64,000 bases of DNA from Pseudomonadota bacterium (GCA_038142205.1 JAYQJO010000001.1:2176430-2240429); one strand, 5' to 3'; numbered from the stretch's first letter, positions 40,107 to 54,273 are shown. Notes: generated by a model from the letters alone, not told the origin. Numbers and translations are program-made.

Positions 40107-40185
40107 CCACCCATAGAGATAATCTTTTCCAAGACCCCTTGCTGCTGTATGCTTGCTGCATTTTTAAATTACGACAATAACCAGC

Positions 40186-42639
40186 ATGGATAATGAATAT
40201 AACCCGGGACAAATTGAGTCCGAGGTACAGAAAAAATGGGAAGACACTAATGCCTTCCACGTAACTGAAGATCCGAATAAAGAAAAATTTTATTGCCTTT
40301 CAATGTTTCCCTATCCCAGTGGAAAACTGCACATGGGCCATGTTCGAAATTATGCTATCGGCGATGTCATCAGTCGCTATCAGCGTATGCAAGGTAAAAA
40401 TGTATTACAACCGATGGGCTGGGATGCGTTTGGTTTGCCTGCTGAAGGTGCGGCAATAAAAAATAATGTGCCTCCTGCAAAATGGACTTATGAAAACATT
40501 GACTACATGCGTGGGCAATTAAAGCGTCTTGGTTTTGCCTATGACTGGGATCGCGAACTGGCCACCTGTAGCCCTGACTATTACCGCTGGGAACAATGGT
40601 TCTTCACCAAACTGCATGAAAAAGGCCTCGTTTATAAAAAAACCTCTGTTGTTAACTGGGATCCAGTTGATCAAACTGTTTTAGCGAATGAACAGGTCAT
40701 TGATGGCAAAGGTTGGCGTTCAGGTGCAACTGTCGAAAAACGTGAAATTCCACAATGGTTTTTAAGAATCACCGATTATGCTGATGAGTTATTAAACGAT
40801 CTGGAAAAGCTTCCCGGTTGGCCTGATGCCGTGCGTACTATGCAGGCGAATTGGATCGGCCGCTCTGAAGGAGTAGAAGTTGAGTTTAAAATTGAAGATA
40901 GTGATGAAAAACTACGCATCTATACAACGCGACCGGACACCATCATGGGTATTACCTATATGGCTGTCGCAGCAGAACATCCTTTGGCATTAGCCGCCTC
41001 TGAAAACAATGCGAACCTACGTATCTTTATAGATGAATGTAAAAGTGGTGGCACCAGTGAAGTTGAAATGGAAACCATGGAAAAGAAAGGTATGCCGCTC
41101 GACATCAATGTTGTTCACCCGATTACGGGTGAATTGATTCCATTATGGGTATCAAACTTCGTCTTAATGGGTTACGGCACAGGTGCAGTTATGTCTGTTC
41201 CAGCACATGATCAACGTGACTGGGAGTTTGCGCATAAATACGATATTCCTATTAAACAAGTTATCGCACCTAAAGATGGCGGTGCACATGATTTAGCAGA
41301 ATCGGCCTATACAGAGAAAGGTAAATTAATAAACTCGGCCCAGTTTGATAATATGACATCGCAACAAGCGTTTAATGCAATAGCTGATTTTTTTGAACAG
41401 AATGATTGTGGTAACCGTAAAGTAAATTATCGTTTACGCGATTGGGGTATTTCTCGGCAACGTTACTGGGGTTGCCCGATTCCGGTTATTAATACCAAAG
41501 ACGGTAATGCTGTCGCTGTACCCGAAGATCAATTACCGGTTGTGCTGCCGGAAGATATAGAGTTTGAAGGTATTAGCTCGCCGATTAAGTCTATGCCGGA
41601 ATTTATTAATGTCGACGCACCGGATGGTAGCGGTCCGGCAGAAAGAGAAACCGATACCTTTGATACTTTCTTTGAGTCTTCCTGGTATTTTGCTCGTTAT
41701 TGTTGCCCGGATAATGAAGAAGCCATGTTGGATGAACGCGCTAATTACTGGCTGCCAGTTGATCAGTATGTTGGTGGTATTGAACATGCAATTCTGCACT
41801 TACTTTATGCACGCTTCTTTCATAAGTTAATGCGTGACTTAGGTTTATTAACAAGCGATGAACCTTTTGCCAATCTGCTGACACAGGGCATGGTATTAAA
41901 AGACGGTTCAAAAATGTCCAAGTCAAAAGGGAATACCGTCGACCCACAAGGCTTAATTGAAAAGCACGGCGCAGACACCGTTCGTTTATTCATGATGTTC
42001 GCTTCACCACCGGAACAAAGTCTGGAATGGTCAGATGCAGGGGTTGATGGTGCATCACGTTTTCTTAAACGTTTGTGGAAACTTGCCAGTACACATGTTA
42101 ATGAAGGCAAAGCAACTAAACTAGATAAAACATCATTAACTGACGCACAACGTGAATTACGCCGTAAGATTCATTTAACCATTGATAAGGTTAATGATGA
42201 TATTGGTCGGCGTTATACTTTCAATACTGCTATTGCTGCCGTCATGGAAATGATGAATGCCTTGTCAAAAGCTAATATCGAAAGTGAAAATGATCATGCC
42301 ATTATGCATGAAGGTATAGAAACAGCGACCTTATTATTATCACCGATTGTCCCTCATATCACTGATGCTATTTGGGCTGCTCTTGGACACGAAGAAGAAT
42401 TAATCAACGCCATATGGCCGAAGTCCGATCCGGAAGCGCTTGAACAAAGTGAAATTAAAATAGTGATTCAGGTCAATGGTAAACTTAGCAGCAATATCAC
42501 GGTAGATAAAAATGCAGATAAGGAACAAATTGAAGCCTTGGCGCTGGAAGATGAAAAAGTAAAACGGAAAATAGAGGGGAAAACCGTACGCAAAATCATC
42601 GTTATTCCAGGACGCTTAGTGAACATCGTAGCGTCATAA
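40186..42639 (+). CDS. leuS: Leucine--tRNA ligase
   Basis: 817 aa with HMGH and KMSKS motifs ([15 protein letters not shown]..., KMSKSKGN). Confidence 0.95.
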   Translation: MDNEYNPGQIESEVQKKWEDTNAFHVTEDPNKEKFYCLSMFPYPSGKLHMGHVRNYAIGDVISRYQRMQGKNVLQPMGWDAFGLPAEGAAIKNNVPPAKWTYENIDYMRGQLKRLGFAYDWDRELATCSPDYYRWEQWFFTKLHEKGLVYKKTSVVNWDPVDQTVLANEQVIDGKGWRSGATVEKREIPQWFLRITDYADELLNDLEKLPGWPDAVRTMQANWIGRSEGVEVEFKIEDSDEKLRIYTTRPDTIMGITYMAVAAEHPLALAASENNANLRIFIDECKSGGTSEVEMETMEKKGMPLDINVVHPITGELIPLWVSNFVLMGYGTGAVMSVPAHDQRDWEFAHKYDIPIKQVIAPKDGGAHDLAESAYTEKGKLINSAQFDNMTSQQAFNAIADFFEQNDCGNRKVNYRLRDWGISRQRYWGCPIPVINTKDGNAVAVPEDQLPVVLPEDIEFEGISSPIKSMPEFINVDAPDGSGPAERETDTFDTFFESSWYFARYCCPDNEEAMLDERANYWLPVDQYVGGIEHAILHLLYARFFHKLMRDLGLLTSDEPFANLLTQGMVLKDGSKMSKSKGNTVDPQGLIEKHGADTVRLFMMFASPPEQSLEWSDAGVDGASRFLKRLWKLASTHVNEGKATKLDKTSLTDAQRELRRKIHLTIDKVNDDIGRRYTFNTAIAAVMEMMNALSKANIESENDHAIMHEGIETATLLLSPIVPHITDAIWAALGHEEELINAIWPKSDPEALEQSEIKIVIQVNGKLSSNITVDKNADKEQIEALALEDEKVKRKIEGKTVRKIIVIPGRLVNIVAS

Positions 42640-42683
42640 GGTAGAATTATCAGCTAAAATACAAACCGCTTGAGGACTTTGAG

Positions 42684-43175
42684 ATGAAAATGCGTATATT
42701 AATGATATGCCTGCTACTGTTAACCAGTGCATGCGGCTTTCACTTACGTGGTTCTCAAACGACAAATTTTAATATTGACAATATTTATATCCATTCTTCA
42801 TCTGCAGCAAAACTCGCAGCCGAAGTAAAGTCACAATTAACGAGTTCCGGCTCATCTGTTGCGGCATCAGCAGAAGCAGCAAAATATATTCTTGTATTAA
42901 AAGAAGAAAATTTTGAAAGATCATTATTAAGCGTTAATGCAGCAACCGGTAAAGTCGAGGAATTCCAGATTCTGTATACAGCAAAAATGGATGTTAGCCA
43001 TAGCGATGGAAAACTTATTGCTGAAGATAGCCGAATCAGCGCATCACGTGATTTCACCTTTGACGAAAATGCAGTCTTGGGTAAGTTTTCTGAAGAAGAA
43101 CTGTTGCAGGAAGATATTGTTAGTCGAGCAGCCAGTCAGGTACTTAGACGCTTACAGGCATTAACGACAAAATAA
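42684..43175 (+). CDS. lptE: LPS-assembly lipoprotein LptE
   Basis: 163 aa with a lipobox LLTSAC-GFHLRG. Conserved leuS-lptE-holA order. Confidence 0.8.
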   Translation: MKMRILMICLLLLTSACGFHLRGSQTTNFNIDNIYIHSSSAAKLAAEVKSQLTSSGSSVAASAEAAKYILVLKEENFERSLLSVNAATGKVEEFQILYTAKMDVSHSDGKLIAEDSRISASRDFTFDENAVLGKFSEEELLQEDIVSRAASQVLRRLQALTTK

Positions 43176-43189
43176 TACTACGTTAGCAA

Positions 43190-44221
43190 ATGCGCTTACG
43201 CTCTGATCAGTTAAATAATCATTTACAAAAATCCAGCCTCGCTCCCATTTATTTTGTCAGTGGTGACGAGCCATTACAAAAACTGGAATGCGTTGATCAA
43301 TTACGCATGAGCGCACGCGCACAAGGCTATGATGAACGCCTTGTTTTTAATGTTGATAAGTCTTTTGACTGGAATTCCATTAATGATGCATCAGCAAACT
43401 TATCCTTATTTGCCAGTCGACGTATTATTGAATTACGCATGAACTCACCCAAGCCGGGTAAAGAAGGCGGCAAGGTATTGCTCGAGTATACGCAGCAATT
43501 AAACGAAGATAACCTATTGATTATCAGTTCAGATAAACTTGATAAAAGCGCACAAAATAATAAGTGGGTAAAAGCCATTGAAAAAGTCGGTGTACTCATT
43601 CAAGTTTGGCCAGTCAGTCCAGCACAACTTCCTGGCTGGATACAAAACAGACTGCAATCAAAACAAAAACGTATTACGCTAGATGCTGCGCGTTTAGTTG
43701 CGCTTCGAGTTGAAGGAAACTTGTTAGCTGCACAGCAGGAAATCGATAAACTTATTTTATTAATCGAGAAAGATGATATCGACACAGAAGATGTCATCGC
43801 TGCTGTTGCAGACAGTTCGCGTTACGATGTGTTTGATTTAATCGACAGTGCCTTTCTGGGTAATACGAATAGAACCTTACACATGTTGCAAGGTTTAAGA
43901 AATGAAGGAACAGAACCCATGGCATTGTTCGGCGCGTGGATGTGGGAGTTCAGGCGTTTATGTTCAATCGCTCATCAATATGAATCCGGAGCGAACCTTG
44001 AAAGTCTATTCAAGTCATACCGAATCTGGGATCAAAAGAAACGCTCAATGAATGCGGTTTTACAGCGTCACTCAGGCCAATCTTTTGATAAACTATTAAG
44101 GTTCTGCGCGACAATAGACAGAACATTAAAAAGTAGCCGGCGAGAACAGGCCTGGGATCAATTTAATACATTGCTATTGGCAATCGCTGGCGTTAATACA
44201 ACAAAACTACAACTATCATAA
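43190..44221 (+). CDS. holA: DNA polymerase III delta subunit
   Basis: 343 aa; position and length fit holA downstream of lptE. Confidence 0.8.
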   Translation: MRLRSDQLNNHLQKSSLAPIYFVSGDEPLQKLECVDQLRMSARAQGYDERLVFNVDKSFDWNSINDASANLSLFASRRIIELRMNSPKPGKEGGKVLLEYTQQLNEDNLLIISSDKLDKSAQNNKWVKAIEKVGVLIQVWPVSPAQLPGWIQNRLQSKQKRITLDAARLVALRVEGNLLAAQQEIDKLILLIEKDDIDTEDVIAAVADSSRYDVFDLIDSAFLGNTNRTLHMLQGLRNEGTEPMALFGAWMWEFRRLCSIAHQYESGANLESLFKSYRIWDQKKRSMNAVLQRHSGQSFDKLLRFCATIDRTLKSSRREQAWDQFNTLLLAIAGVNTTKLQLS

Positions 44222-44229
44222 AAGAGCTT

Positions 44230-45486
44230 ATGAACATTAAACAATACATGCTGGATTTAGGCCAACGCGCCAGAGCTTCCGCTGGTTTAATGGCGCGCGC
44301 AACAACTGCGCAAAAAAATAATGCGCTCAATGCCATTGCAGAAAATATTATTAAACACCGTGGTGCTTTAGCTAAAGCGAATGAAGAAGATTTAAAAGCC
44401 GCTAAAGAAAAACAGCTTGAGTCAGCTTTGGTTGATCGACTGGAACTGACTGATGCACGTATCGACTCAATGGTTGAAGGATTGCATCAAATTGCCAGCT
44501 TAAGCGACCCCATTGGCACAATAACCGATCTTGCGCTACGGCCTAGCGGCATCCAGGTTGGTAACATGCGTGTGCCATTAGGCGTTGTCGGAATTATTTA
44601 TGAATCCAGACCTAATGTAACGGCTGATGCTGCTGCGCTTTGTATAAAGTCAGGTAATGCGACAATCCTGCGTGGTGGCTCAGAAGCATTAAATTCAAAT
44701 CAAGCTATAGCAAAATGTATAAACATTGGCATGGTTGAAGCAGACTTGCCACAAGAAGCCGTACAAGTTATCTCCACAGTAGATCGTGCTGCTGTCGGTG
44801 AATTACTAGCAATGTCTGAATATGTCGATGTTATTATTCCTCGCGGCGGCAAAAGTTTAATTGAACGCATCAGTAATGAAGCACGTATGCCAGTAATAAA
44901 ACACCTTGATGGTATTTGTCATGTTTATATTGATGGTGATACTGATATTGATAAAGCGGTGAAAATTGCTTTTAACGCAAAAACACATCGCTATGGTGTT
45001 TGTAATGCGATGGAATCTTTACTGATTGCAAAATCAGTTGCAAAAGAAGTATTAGATAAACTTGCTCCTATGTATAAAGAAGCAGGCGTTGAAATTCGCG
45101 GTTGCAAAGAATCAGCAAAGCTTATTGACGGTATTAAAGTAGCAACGGATGAGGATTATGCAACGGAATATCTCGCACCAATATTATCATTAAAAATTGT
45201 TGCCGATGTTGATGAAGCAATACAACACATCAATCAATACAGCTCGCAACATACTGATGCGATTGTGACTGAAAACTACACAACATCACGTCGGTTTTTA
45301 CGTGAAGTTGATTCAAGCTCAGTCATGGTGAATGCCTCAACACGTTTCGCTGATGGTTTTGAATACGGCCTTGGTGCTGAAATTGGCATCAGTACTGATA
45401 AGTTTCATGCACGCGGCCCTGTTGGTCTTGAAGGTTTAACATCAAAAAAATACATTGTCCTAGGTGATGGGCATATCCGTAGCTAA
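44230..45486 (+). CDS. proA: Gamma-glutamyl phosphate reductase
   Basis: 418 aa in the aldehyde-dehydrogenase superfamily with a ProA-like N-terminus [33 protein letters not shown]. Confidence 0.85.
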   Translation: MNIKQYMLDLGQRARASAGLMARATTAQKNNALNAIAENIIKHRGALAKANEEDLKAAKEKQLESALVDRLELTDARIDSMVEGLHQIASLSDPIGTITDLALRPSGIQVGNMRVPLGVVGIIYESRPNVTADAAALCIKSGNATILRGGSEALNSNQAIAKCINIGMVEADLPQEAVQVISTVDRAAVGELLAMSEYVDVIIPRGGKSLIERISNEARMPVIKHLDGICHVYIDGDTDIDKAVKIAFNAKTHRYGVCNAMESLLIAKSVAKEVLDKLAPMYKEAGVEIRGCKESAKLIDGIKVATDEDYATEYLAPILSLKIVADVDEAIQHINQYSSQHTDAIVTENYTTSRRFLREVDSSSVMVNASTRFADGFEYGLGAEIGISTDKFHARGPVGLEGLTSKKYIVLGDGHIRS

Positions 45487-45552
45487 TCAATTCAATTTGA
45501 TTATTACAAAGTCTCTTACCATACTTAGTTTAATGTTAGCTACTTTTGAAAA

Positions 45553-46197
45553 ATGAGGTCGATTGGAATCCTTGGCGGTACTTTCGACCCGATACACAAT
45601 GCACACCTTCTGCTCGCGCGCGAAGCATTGCAACAACTTAAACTTGATCAAATACGTTTTATTCCGGTTAATATCCCGCCTCATCGAGACAAACCCATTG
45701 CAACGCCAATACACAGGAAGCAAATGATTGAATTTGCAATAGCAGAAGAAGCAACGTTTCATCTTGATTGTCGTGAACTGGATTGTGAAAAAACGTCTTA
45801 CAGCATCAATACACTTAAATCTCTTCGTCAGGAGTTTACCGAGGACTCTTTGAGTTTAATTGTTGGACAAGATGCATTTAACAAGATTGATAGCTGGAAA
45901 GATTGGCTAGAACTATTAGACTACGCGCATATTGTCGTTGCAAACAGGCCTAATGAATCATCAAATGATATTTCAACAGAATTACGACGCTGGATAGAAA
46001 AGAATAAGACAAAAGATAAAGCCGAGATAATAGACAAAGCAACAGGGCATATTTATTTTATAGAAATACCTGAACTTGATATTTCTTCAAGCATGATTCG
46101 TCAAAAGATTAAGCAGCAAAAACCTGTTAACGATTTATTACCTGTAACAAACCAACAATATATAAATAAGAATAAACTTTACCTGGATACTGCATGA
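45553..46197 (+). CDS. nadD: Nicotinate-nucleotide adenylyltransferase
   Basis: 214 aa with GILGGTFDPIHNAHL, the (H/T)xGH nucleotidyltransferase motif. Confidence 0.9.
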   Translation: MRSIGILGGTFDPIHNAHLLLAREALQQLKLDQIRFIPVNIPPHRDKPIATPIHRKQMIEFAIAEEATFHLDCRELDCEKTSYSINTLKSLRQEFTEDSLSLIVGQDAFNKIDSWKDWLELLDYAHIVVANRPNESSNDISTELRRWIEKNKTKDKAEIIDKATGHIYFIEIPELDISSSMIRQKIKQQKPVNDLLPVTNQQYINKNKLYLDTA

Positions 46198-46547
46198 ATA
46201 ATAAAGACCTTATCGATATCACCCTTCAAGCACTTGATGATGTAAAAGCGCTTGATGTTATTGTTTTTGAAGTCAGTAAATTAACCAGTATTTCTGATTA
46301 CATGATTATTGCCAGCGGCAAATCAAAGCGACAGGTCGCAGCATTAGCAGACAAAGTCGTGGAAGCAGCTAAAAAAAACAACGTTAAACCTTTAGGTATA
46401 GAAGGTAAGACTGAAGGCGAATGGGTGTTAGTTGATCTTGGCGATGTTATTGTACACATCATGTACCCGGAAACACGCGAATACTATCAATTGGAAAAAC
46501 TTTGGGGTACGACAGAAGACAATAAAGCGGCTCAAGCAGATAATTAA
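46194..46547 (+). CDS. rsfS: Ribosomal silencing factor RsfS (iojap)
   Basis: 117 aa downstream of nadD; conserved operon. Confidence 0.85.
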   Translation: MNNKDLIDITLQALDDVKALDVIVFEVSKLTSISDYMIIASGKSKRQVAALADKVVEAAKKNNVKPLGIEGKTEGEWVLVDLGDVIVHIMYPETREYYQLEKLWGTTEDNKAAQADN

Positions 46548-46556
46548 TTTTATATC

Positions 46557-47027
46557 ATGCAGATTGATTTAATCGCCGTTGGAAAAAAGATGCCAGCATG
46601 GATAGAGTCAGGCTTTAAGGAATACACAAAACGCTTGCCGAAAAATATTAATTTCAAACTTATTGAAATTACTCCCGCCACACGAAGTAAAAATAATAAC
46701 GCAGATAACTATAAACAAAAAGAACAGGAAAAGATCGAAGCGATACTTTCTCCTAAAAGCATCATCATTGCTTTGGATGAACAAGGAAAATCGATCAGCA
46801 GCCAACAACTCGCTAAACAAGTACAAATCAGGAATGACGATAATCAACATATAAATTTAATCATTGGCGGTGCAGATGGCTTAAGCGATTCGCTTAAAAA
46901 GAAAGCTAACCAGCTCTGGTCATTATCTGCAATGACACTACCACATGGGTTAGTAAGGGTTATGGTAGCTGAGCAGATATATAGAGCGTGGTCTATCACG
47001 CAGAATCATCCTTATCATAGAGAGTAA
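46557..47027 (+). CDS. rlmH: 23S rRNA (pseudouridine1915-N3)-methyltransferase
   Basis: 156 aa SPOUT protein downstream of rsfS. Confidence 0.9.
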   Translation: MQIDLIAVGKKMPAWIESGFKEYTKRLPKNINFKLIEITPATRSKNNNADNYKQKEQEKIEAILSPKSIIIALDEQGKSISSQQLAKQVQIRNDDNQHINLIIGGADGLSDSLKKKANQLWSLSAMTLPHGLVRVMVAEQIYRAWSITQNHPYHRE

Positions 47028-47252
47028 CATTCTTTTTTAAGATTGTTTTTCACCTAATCGCGAGTCACTTTTACAGACGAAAACTAATCCAAAAACCTTC
47101 TACCAAATATCATGACCTACGGCTCTCTTCGTCATTCTCAGCTATTACACTGTTAAAAGTGGCAGTTTTGTAGTTGCGTTTGCGCTAGCTGTCACGACTA
47201 AACACAAACAAGCAACGATATAACTGTCCGGCCTGATAACCTTGTTATATAT

Positions 47253-47621
47253 TTATCCAGTACAAAGACTTGGAATTGCAATCTTACTAAACAAATGTGG
47301 AGAGGTGATAGCCGATGGAGGATAGGCTTTTAAGGTTTCCTGGAACTCAGGATGAGTAAAAGCATTTCTGAAGTCTTCCACTGAGTCCCAGACAGCGTAA
47401 TTCATAAATACAGTACTCCCTGCTATACCGCGATGCAATTGAGTCGAAATATATCCTGGCTGCTTTTTCATCCAATTCGCATCATTTTCCCATGCACTTA
47501 TTAGTGCGGGTATATCCTCTTCCGTAACATTGAAAATATTCACAAGTACAACAGGTGATTGTTCAGTGTTTAACTGCTCAAATATCGGTACGTTCTTATC
47601 AAGGGGTTTTATGTCAATCAT
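47253..47621 (-). CDS. Antibiotic-biosynthesis-monooxygenase (ABM) domain protein
   Basis: 122 aa with a ferredoxin-like ABM fold pattern (VLVNIFNV...EDFRNAFTHPEFQ). Confidence 0.65.
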   Translation of the reverse strand: MIDIKPLDKNVPIFEQLNTEQSPVVLVNIFNVTEEDIPALISAWENDANWMKKQPGYISTQLHRGIAGSTVFMNYAVWDSVEDFRNAFTHPEFQETLKAYPPSAITSPHLFSKIAIPSLCTG

Positions 47622-47686
47622 ATGCTCTCTCCAGTAAAGAGGTTTGTAATATTTGAATTGTTCTATATTTGAAAGTTAATTTTTGA

Positions 47687-48140
47687 TTAGGTGGGCGCGT
47701 TACGGCGTAACTTTCCAGTCATTTTGAGACCATCACGCATATTCCAACCCATTAAAACCAGATTGAACGCACCAGCCGCTAGTTCAATTGCTTGTACAAT
47801 GTAAAACTTCGCATCAAAAATACCTGCTGTTGCCCAAAGACTTAAAAATATTGCACAAGGAGTGAGTATGAATAGGCCATTTAAAGCAATAAATGGCATT
47901 CGCTTTTTCTTGCTGTCTATCAATCGACTTTTCCTATTTTTACTAGCGGAAAAACCAGAACCAGCCACTAATACCATTGAGGGTATTAAAATAAACAGGC
48001 CTGGGGCAACAATTAAAGCTTTGACTCTTGAAATCGTTTCTCTCGAGCCGAATAACTCAGTGATAATTGTAGATGTAAAAAAAGTTGCTATGCAAAGCAT
48101 AGATACAATAGCGACGAGTAGGTGTATTTTACGTTTCATG
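47687..48140 (-). CDS. Hypothetical 4-TM membrane protein
   Basis: Likely start is MKRKIHLLVAIVSML... at 48140; the track ORF extends to 48178 across the MarR operator. Divergent from marR. Confidence 0.4.
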
Positions 48141-48156
48141 GATGAACTTCCTGATG

Positions 48157-48220
48157 CATAATGACAACAAGTTGTCATTATGCGCTAACAAACCACATTT
48201 GACAATATGTTGTCATTATG
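48157..48220. promoter_or_regulatory. MarR-type operator palindromes in the divergent promoter region
   Basis: Perfect inverted repeat CATAATGACAAC-AA-GTTGTCATTATG (48157-48182). A second copy, TTGACAATATGTTGTCATTATG (48199-48220), lies just upstream of the marR start. Confidence 0.45.
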
Positions 48221-48231
48221 AGAATTGAACA

Positions 48232-48675
48232 ATGAAACATACGCACAAAGGCAGCTTACTAACGGAAGCTATACTAGCAACTTTTAAGCTTAATGGGCTA
48301 TTGGTTACGGCGGGAGATCAACTCATCAAAGAACTAGGCTTAACAAGTGCTCGATGGAAGATTCTTGGGGCACTCTCTTATAGTGACACCGCTTTAACCG
48401 TGCCAGATATAGCGAGAGAGATGGGACAAACACGACAAGCAGTCCAGCGTCTCGTCAACGAAATGATAGAAGATGGACTGATTGAACCATTAGATAATCC
48501 AAAACATAAGAGAGCAAAATTGTTAAGTCTTACTGACAAAGGGCAGGATACCTTTAGTAAAGTGATGGAAAAGCAAGTACCTTGGGTCAATTCCATTGCT
48601 AAAGATATACAAGAGGAAGACTTAAATTCTGTTATAACTACACTAAAGTACCTAAACGCTTACTTAGATACATAA
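48232..48675 (+). CDS. MarR-family transcriptional regulator
   Basis: 147 aa with a winged HTH (LTVPDIAREMGQTRQAVQRLVNEMIEDGLIE...LTDKGQ). Confidence 0.85.
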   Translation: MKHTHKGSLLTEAILATFKLNGLLVTAGDQLIKELGLTSARWKILGALSYSDTALTVPDIAREMGQTRQAVQRLVNEMIEDGLIEPLDNPKHKRAKLLSLTDKGQDTFSKVMEKQVPWVNSIAKDIQEEDLNSVITTLKYLNAYLDT

Positions 48676-48861
48676 CTAAGCGTTATGGAACATGTTGCCC
48701 GATAATATATTATATATTTCAAATTATATTTTTATGGTTTGCTGAAGATATCGCATAGCGACAAGACACTGAGTGTCCTTGCCACTACAGTCCCTTGTCC
48801 TCTCGCGACATTAATACATACATGTATGTCATCTTTTGATTGCTTTCCTATTTAAGCCACG

Positions 48862-48888
48862 AAAAAAAAGCCCCGGAAATTCCGGGGC
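48862..48888 (-). terminator. Rho-independent terminator of katG
   Basis: The minus strand reads GCCCCGGAA-T-TTCCGGGGC followed by TTTTTTTTC. Confidence 0.65.
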
Positions 48889-48927
48889 ACGATCTTAAGG
48901 AGGGAGGGGTGCAAAAAATCTAATTAC

Positions 48928-51107
<2,180 letters not shown>

Positions 51108-51225
51108 CTACTTCCCTATATTTATACTGCCCCGACAGTAATTTATCTAATTTATAATATTTATATATTTAATAGAAATTAACTATTAATAGTGCCTGCC
51201 AATACACCTTTGAAAGTCTTGTTTT

Positions 51226-52398
51226 CTATGTCAGCAGGTGTGGGCCAAGGTCATTAACTGAACAGCAACCTGTTTGACCGAGTACCCGATCGATTTCAGT
51301 AGATAATATTGAGAGTGCATGCGATACCCCCGCTTCACCACCAGCAGCTAAACCATATAGCGTTGCTCTCCCGAGCATTACGGCATCGGCACCCATAGCA
51401 ATCGCTTTTACTATGTCTGCGCCTCGTCTGAAACCACTATCAACAAGCACTGAGGTTTGCTCTCCTACTGCTTGCGCAATTTCAGGCAATACTTCAATCG
51501 GGGCAACAGCACTATCAAGTTGCCTGCCACCATGATTGGAAATAACTATTCCATCACAGCCTAATTCAACTGCGCGTTGCGCATCATTCACATTCAAAAT
51601 GCCTTTTATGATTAATTTTCTTGGCCAAATCTGCCGTAGCCATTCCACATCGTCCCAGCAGATCTTCGCGTCAAAAAGTTTTGGAACCACAGCAACACCT
51701 GCTTGGGCGGTCTGTGCTTCTGGCGGCATAAAATCAACAATATTTTCAAAACGAGGAACCCCATGTGGAATAAGCACGTCGAGTAACCACTTAGGATGCC
51801 ACGCAACATCAATCATATTTCGCAAATTGAGCTTGGCGGGTTCACGATAATTACGTTGATCCCATTCACGATGCCCGAACACATTAGCATCGGAAGTAAA
51901 AACCAATGCTTCATAGCCTGCCTTATCTGCACGACTAATGATGTTACGTGTAAGCTCACGATCACGCATGACATATAACTGCATCCACAGACGACCACCA
52001 ACTTCTGTTGCAACATCTTCAAGACGTACATTCGATAAAGTACTCAAACTAAATGGAATGCCGAATTTTGAAGCAGCATGAGCCAATGCGATATCACCTC
52101 GGTGGGTTAACATGCCATTTAGCCCTGTCGGCGCAATAATCAACGGTGATTTCAGTTCTTGTCCAAACAGCGTTGTTGTTTGGTGCCTAGCGCTGGTATC
52201 AACCAGGGTTGTTGGTACCAGTCGAATTGCATCAAGCGCATCACGATTACTATAAAGCGCGCTTTCATCTTCCGCACCACCTTCTACATATTCAAAAGCA
52301 AAGTTCGGAACGCGCCTTTGCGCAACCTTACGTAATTCTTCAATGGAAAGTGCTTTACGAAAATCTTTTCCGGAATAATATTTACGTAAGCGTGTCAT
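51226..52398 (-). CDS. FMN-dependent alpha-hydroxy-acid dehydrogenase (L-lactate dehydrogenase / glycolate oxidase family)
   Basis: 390 aa, ...VPNFAFEYVEGGAEDE... TIM-barrel FMN oxidoreductase signature. Confidence 0.8.
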   Translation of the reverse strand: MTRLRKYYSGKDFRKALSIEELRKVAQRRVPNFAFEYVEGGAEDESALYSNRDALDAIRLVPTTLVDTSARHQTTTLFGQELKSPLIIAPTGLNGMLTHRGDIALAHAASKFGIPFSLSTLSNVRLEDVATEVGGRLWMQLYVMRDRELTRNIISRADKAGYEALVFTSDANVFGHREWDQRNYREPAKLNLRNMIDVAWHPKWLLDVLIPHGVPRFENIVDFMPPEAQTAQAGVAVVPKLFDAKICWDDVEWLRQIWPRKLIIKGILNVNDAQRAVELGCDGIVISNHGGRQLDSAVAPIEVLPEIAQAVGEQTSVLVDSGFRRGADIVKAIAMGADAVMLGRATLYGLAAGGEAGVSHALSILSTEIDRVLGQTGCCSVNDLGPHLLT

Positions 52399-52414
52399 GG
52401 TCTACGATAATATC

Positions 52415-52696
52415 CTAGGATTTTTTAATCCTGACAACATTCATTATCTCCATATCAAAACCACCGACGTTTTCTACTGTTCGATAATAAGTCAAATTCA
52501 CTCTTGCGCCTTTCAGATTCCGATATTCTGTTTTAAGTTTAAATCGAAACGGCAAGTCGTAGACATCTAAAGGGATCGTATTAATTATCCAGCCTGATTT
52601 TTTTTCATTGCGTTGAACATGTGACGACACTTTTTGCATTTCCATATGAATGAGTTCTTTATGCGTTTCGAGTAGTTTTTTAACCGGTGATTTCAT
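52415..52696 (-). CDS. Hypothetical small protein
   Basis: 93-aa ORF tightly following the dehydrogenase; no recognisable motif. Confidence 0.3.
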   Translation of the reverse strand: MKSPVKKLLETHKELIHMEMQKVSSHVQRNEKKSGWIINTIPLDVYDLPFRFKLKTEYRNLKGARVNLTYYRTVENVGGFDMEIMNVVRIKKS

Positions 52697-52807
52697 AAAT
52701 AAAAGGTTATCACAGCTGAAGGGCTGACGACCAAAATAAATTTCCTTGCCTAGCTCTATACTGATACGGGATAATCCGCATCTTTTTTAAATAAGATAAT
52801 AATTATC

Positions 52808-53710
52808 ATGTGGTTCAAAAACCTTCGCATTTACCGTCTCACCAAAGACATTGATATATCATCGGAAGCACTGGAAGAAGCATTGGCAGAGCAAAGCTTT
52901 AGTCCTTGCGCAAATATGGATTTCTCTCGCTATGGCTGGGTTTCTCCTTTAGGTAATGATAGTGAAATGTTTACGCATGCAGCAGGTGGTTATGTCATGA
53001 TCTGTGCACGTAAACAGGAAAAAATATTACCTCCGGCTGCGGTAAACGAGGTTGTTGAAGAAAAGGTGCGTGATTTTGAACAAGAACAAACACGACCTAT
53101 TTATCGAAAAGAAAAACGCACGCTTAAGGAAGATGTGATTCATTCTTTATTACCACGCGCATTAACCCGCTCTTACCTGACTTACGCTTACTTTGACCCA
53201 AAACATAAAATATTGATTATTGATTCTGCCAGCGCGAATAAAGCGGAAGAGTTTATGGATCATTTACGAGCTACCCTGGGTAGCTTGCCTGTTGTGCCAC
53301 TGAAGTGTCACGGTGATGCAGCAAACATTATGACGCACTGGTTGCAAGACACGGCACCGAAAACATTCGAACTGGATAATGAATGTGAATTACAAAATAC
53401 ACGCGAAAGTAAAAACATTGTTCGTTGTAAAAATCAGGAACTGGAAAGTTCTGAAGTATTAAGTCATTTAAAAGCAGGCAAGCGTGTTACGCAAATGGCA
53501 ATGATTTGGCGTGATGCGATTCGTTTTATTTTGACAGAAGATTTCGCTGTTAAACGTTTACGCTTTGAAGAAATTATTCAAGAGCAGGCTGAAAGCGATG
53601 TAGATGATAGAGCAACGCAATTCGATCAGGACTTCTCCGTTATGGTTTTACAATTACATGAATTTATCAAGGAGTTGCTTGAAGAATTTGGCGGTATAGA
53701 AAAAGAGTAA
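52808..53710 (+). CDS. rdgC: Recombination-associated protein RdgC
   Basis: 300 aa starting MWFKNLRIYRL, the characteristic RdgC N-terminus. Confidence 0.9.
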   Translation: MWFKNLRIYRLTKDIDISSEALEEALAEQSFSPCANMDFSRYGWVSPLGNDSEMFTHAAGGYVMICARKQEKILPPAAVNEVVEEKVRDFEQEQTRPIYRKEKRTLKEDVIHSLLPRALTRSYLTYAYFDPKHKILIIDSASANKAEEFMDHLRATLGSLPVVPLKCHGDAANIMTHWLQDTAPKTFELDNECELQNTRESKNIVRCKNQELESSEVLSHLKAGKRVTQMAMIWRDAIRFILTEDFAVKRLRFEEIIQEQAESDVDDRATQFDQDFSVMVLQLHEFIKELLEEFGGIEKE

Positions 53711-53718
53711 TGTAAACC

Positions 53719-54273
53719 ATGAAAATACTCCTTGCTTCGCGTTCGCCACGCCGTCGAGAACTGCTCGAACAAATTGGTGTCAGCTATGACGTGATTGATA
53801 TTGATATCGATGAAAGCTGGGATGGCAAAGAAACACCTGAAAAATATGTACAACGTATTGCTTTAGAGAAGGCTCGTGCCGGCAATGCGTTTAGTGATGA
53901 AGACTATCCTGTATTAGCTGCGGATACTGCTGTGATTCTATGTGACGAAATATTGGGCAAAGCAGAGAACGATAAAGATGCAGCTGCGATGCTAAAAAAA
54001 CTATCTAATAAAACTCATACTGTTTTCTCCGCTGTTAGCTTGATTCATAAAAATGAAAAAACACTACTTAGCACAAGTCAGGTTACGTTTAGGAAACTAA
54101 CAAAAATAGATATTAATAATTACATCGAAACCGGCGAACCGATTGGTAAAGCTGGCGGTTATGCAATACAAGGTAAAGCCGCCATTTTTATAGAAAGACT
54201 TGAAGGCAGTTACAGTGGTGTGATGGGTTTGCCTTTATTTGAAACTCAAGAATTACTCAATTTAATCAAATAA
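53719..54273 (+). CDS. maf: Maf-like nucleoside-triphosphate pyrophosphatase
   Basis: 184 aa, MKILLASRSPRRRELL, the Maf signature. Confidence 0.85.
   Translation: MKILLASRSPRRRELLEQIGVSYDVIDIDIDESWDGKETPEKYVQRIALEKARAGNAFSDEDYPVLAADTAVILCDEILGKAENDKDAAAMLKKLSNKTHTVFSAVSLIHKNEKTLLSTSQVTFRKLTKIDINNYIETGEPIGKAGGYAIQGKAAIFIERLEGSYSGVMGLPLFETQELLNLIK

Noticed and set aside
47236-47252. A fourth CTTGTTAT-type motif (gataaccttgttatatat) that could mark another attC remnant downstream of rlmH.
   Set aside because: Only a 5-bp ATAAC/GTTAT mini-palindrome is present. There is no internal L''/L' palindrome and no ORF-stop relationship. Most likely a chance occurrence in AT-rich DNA.
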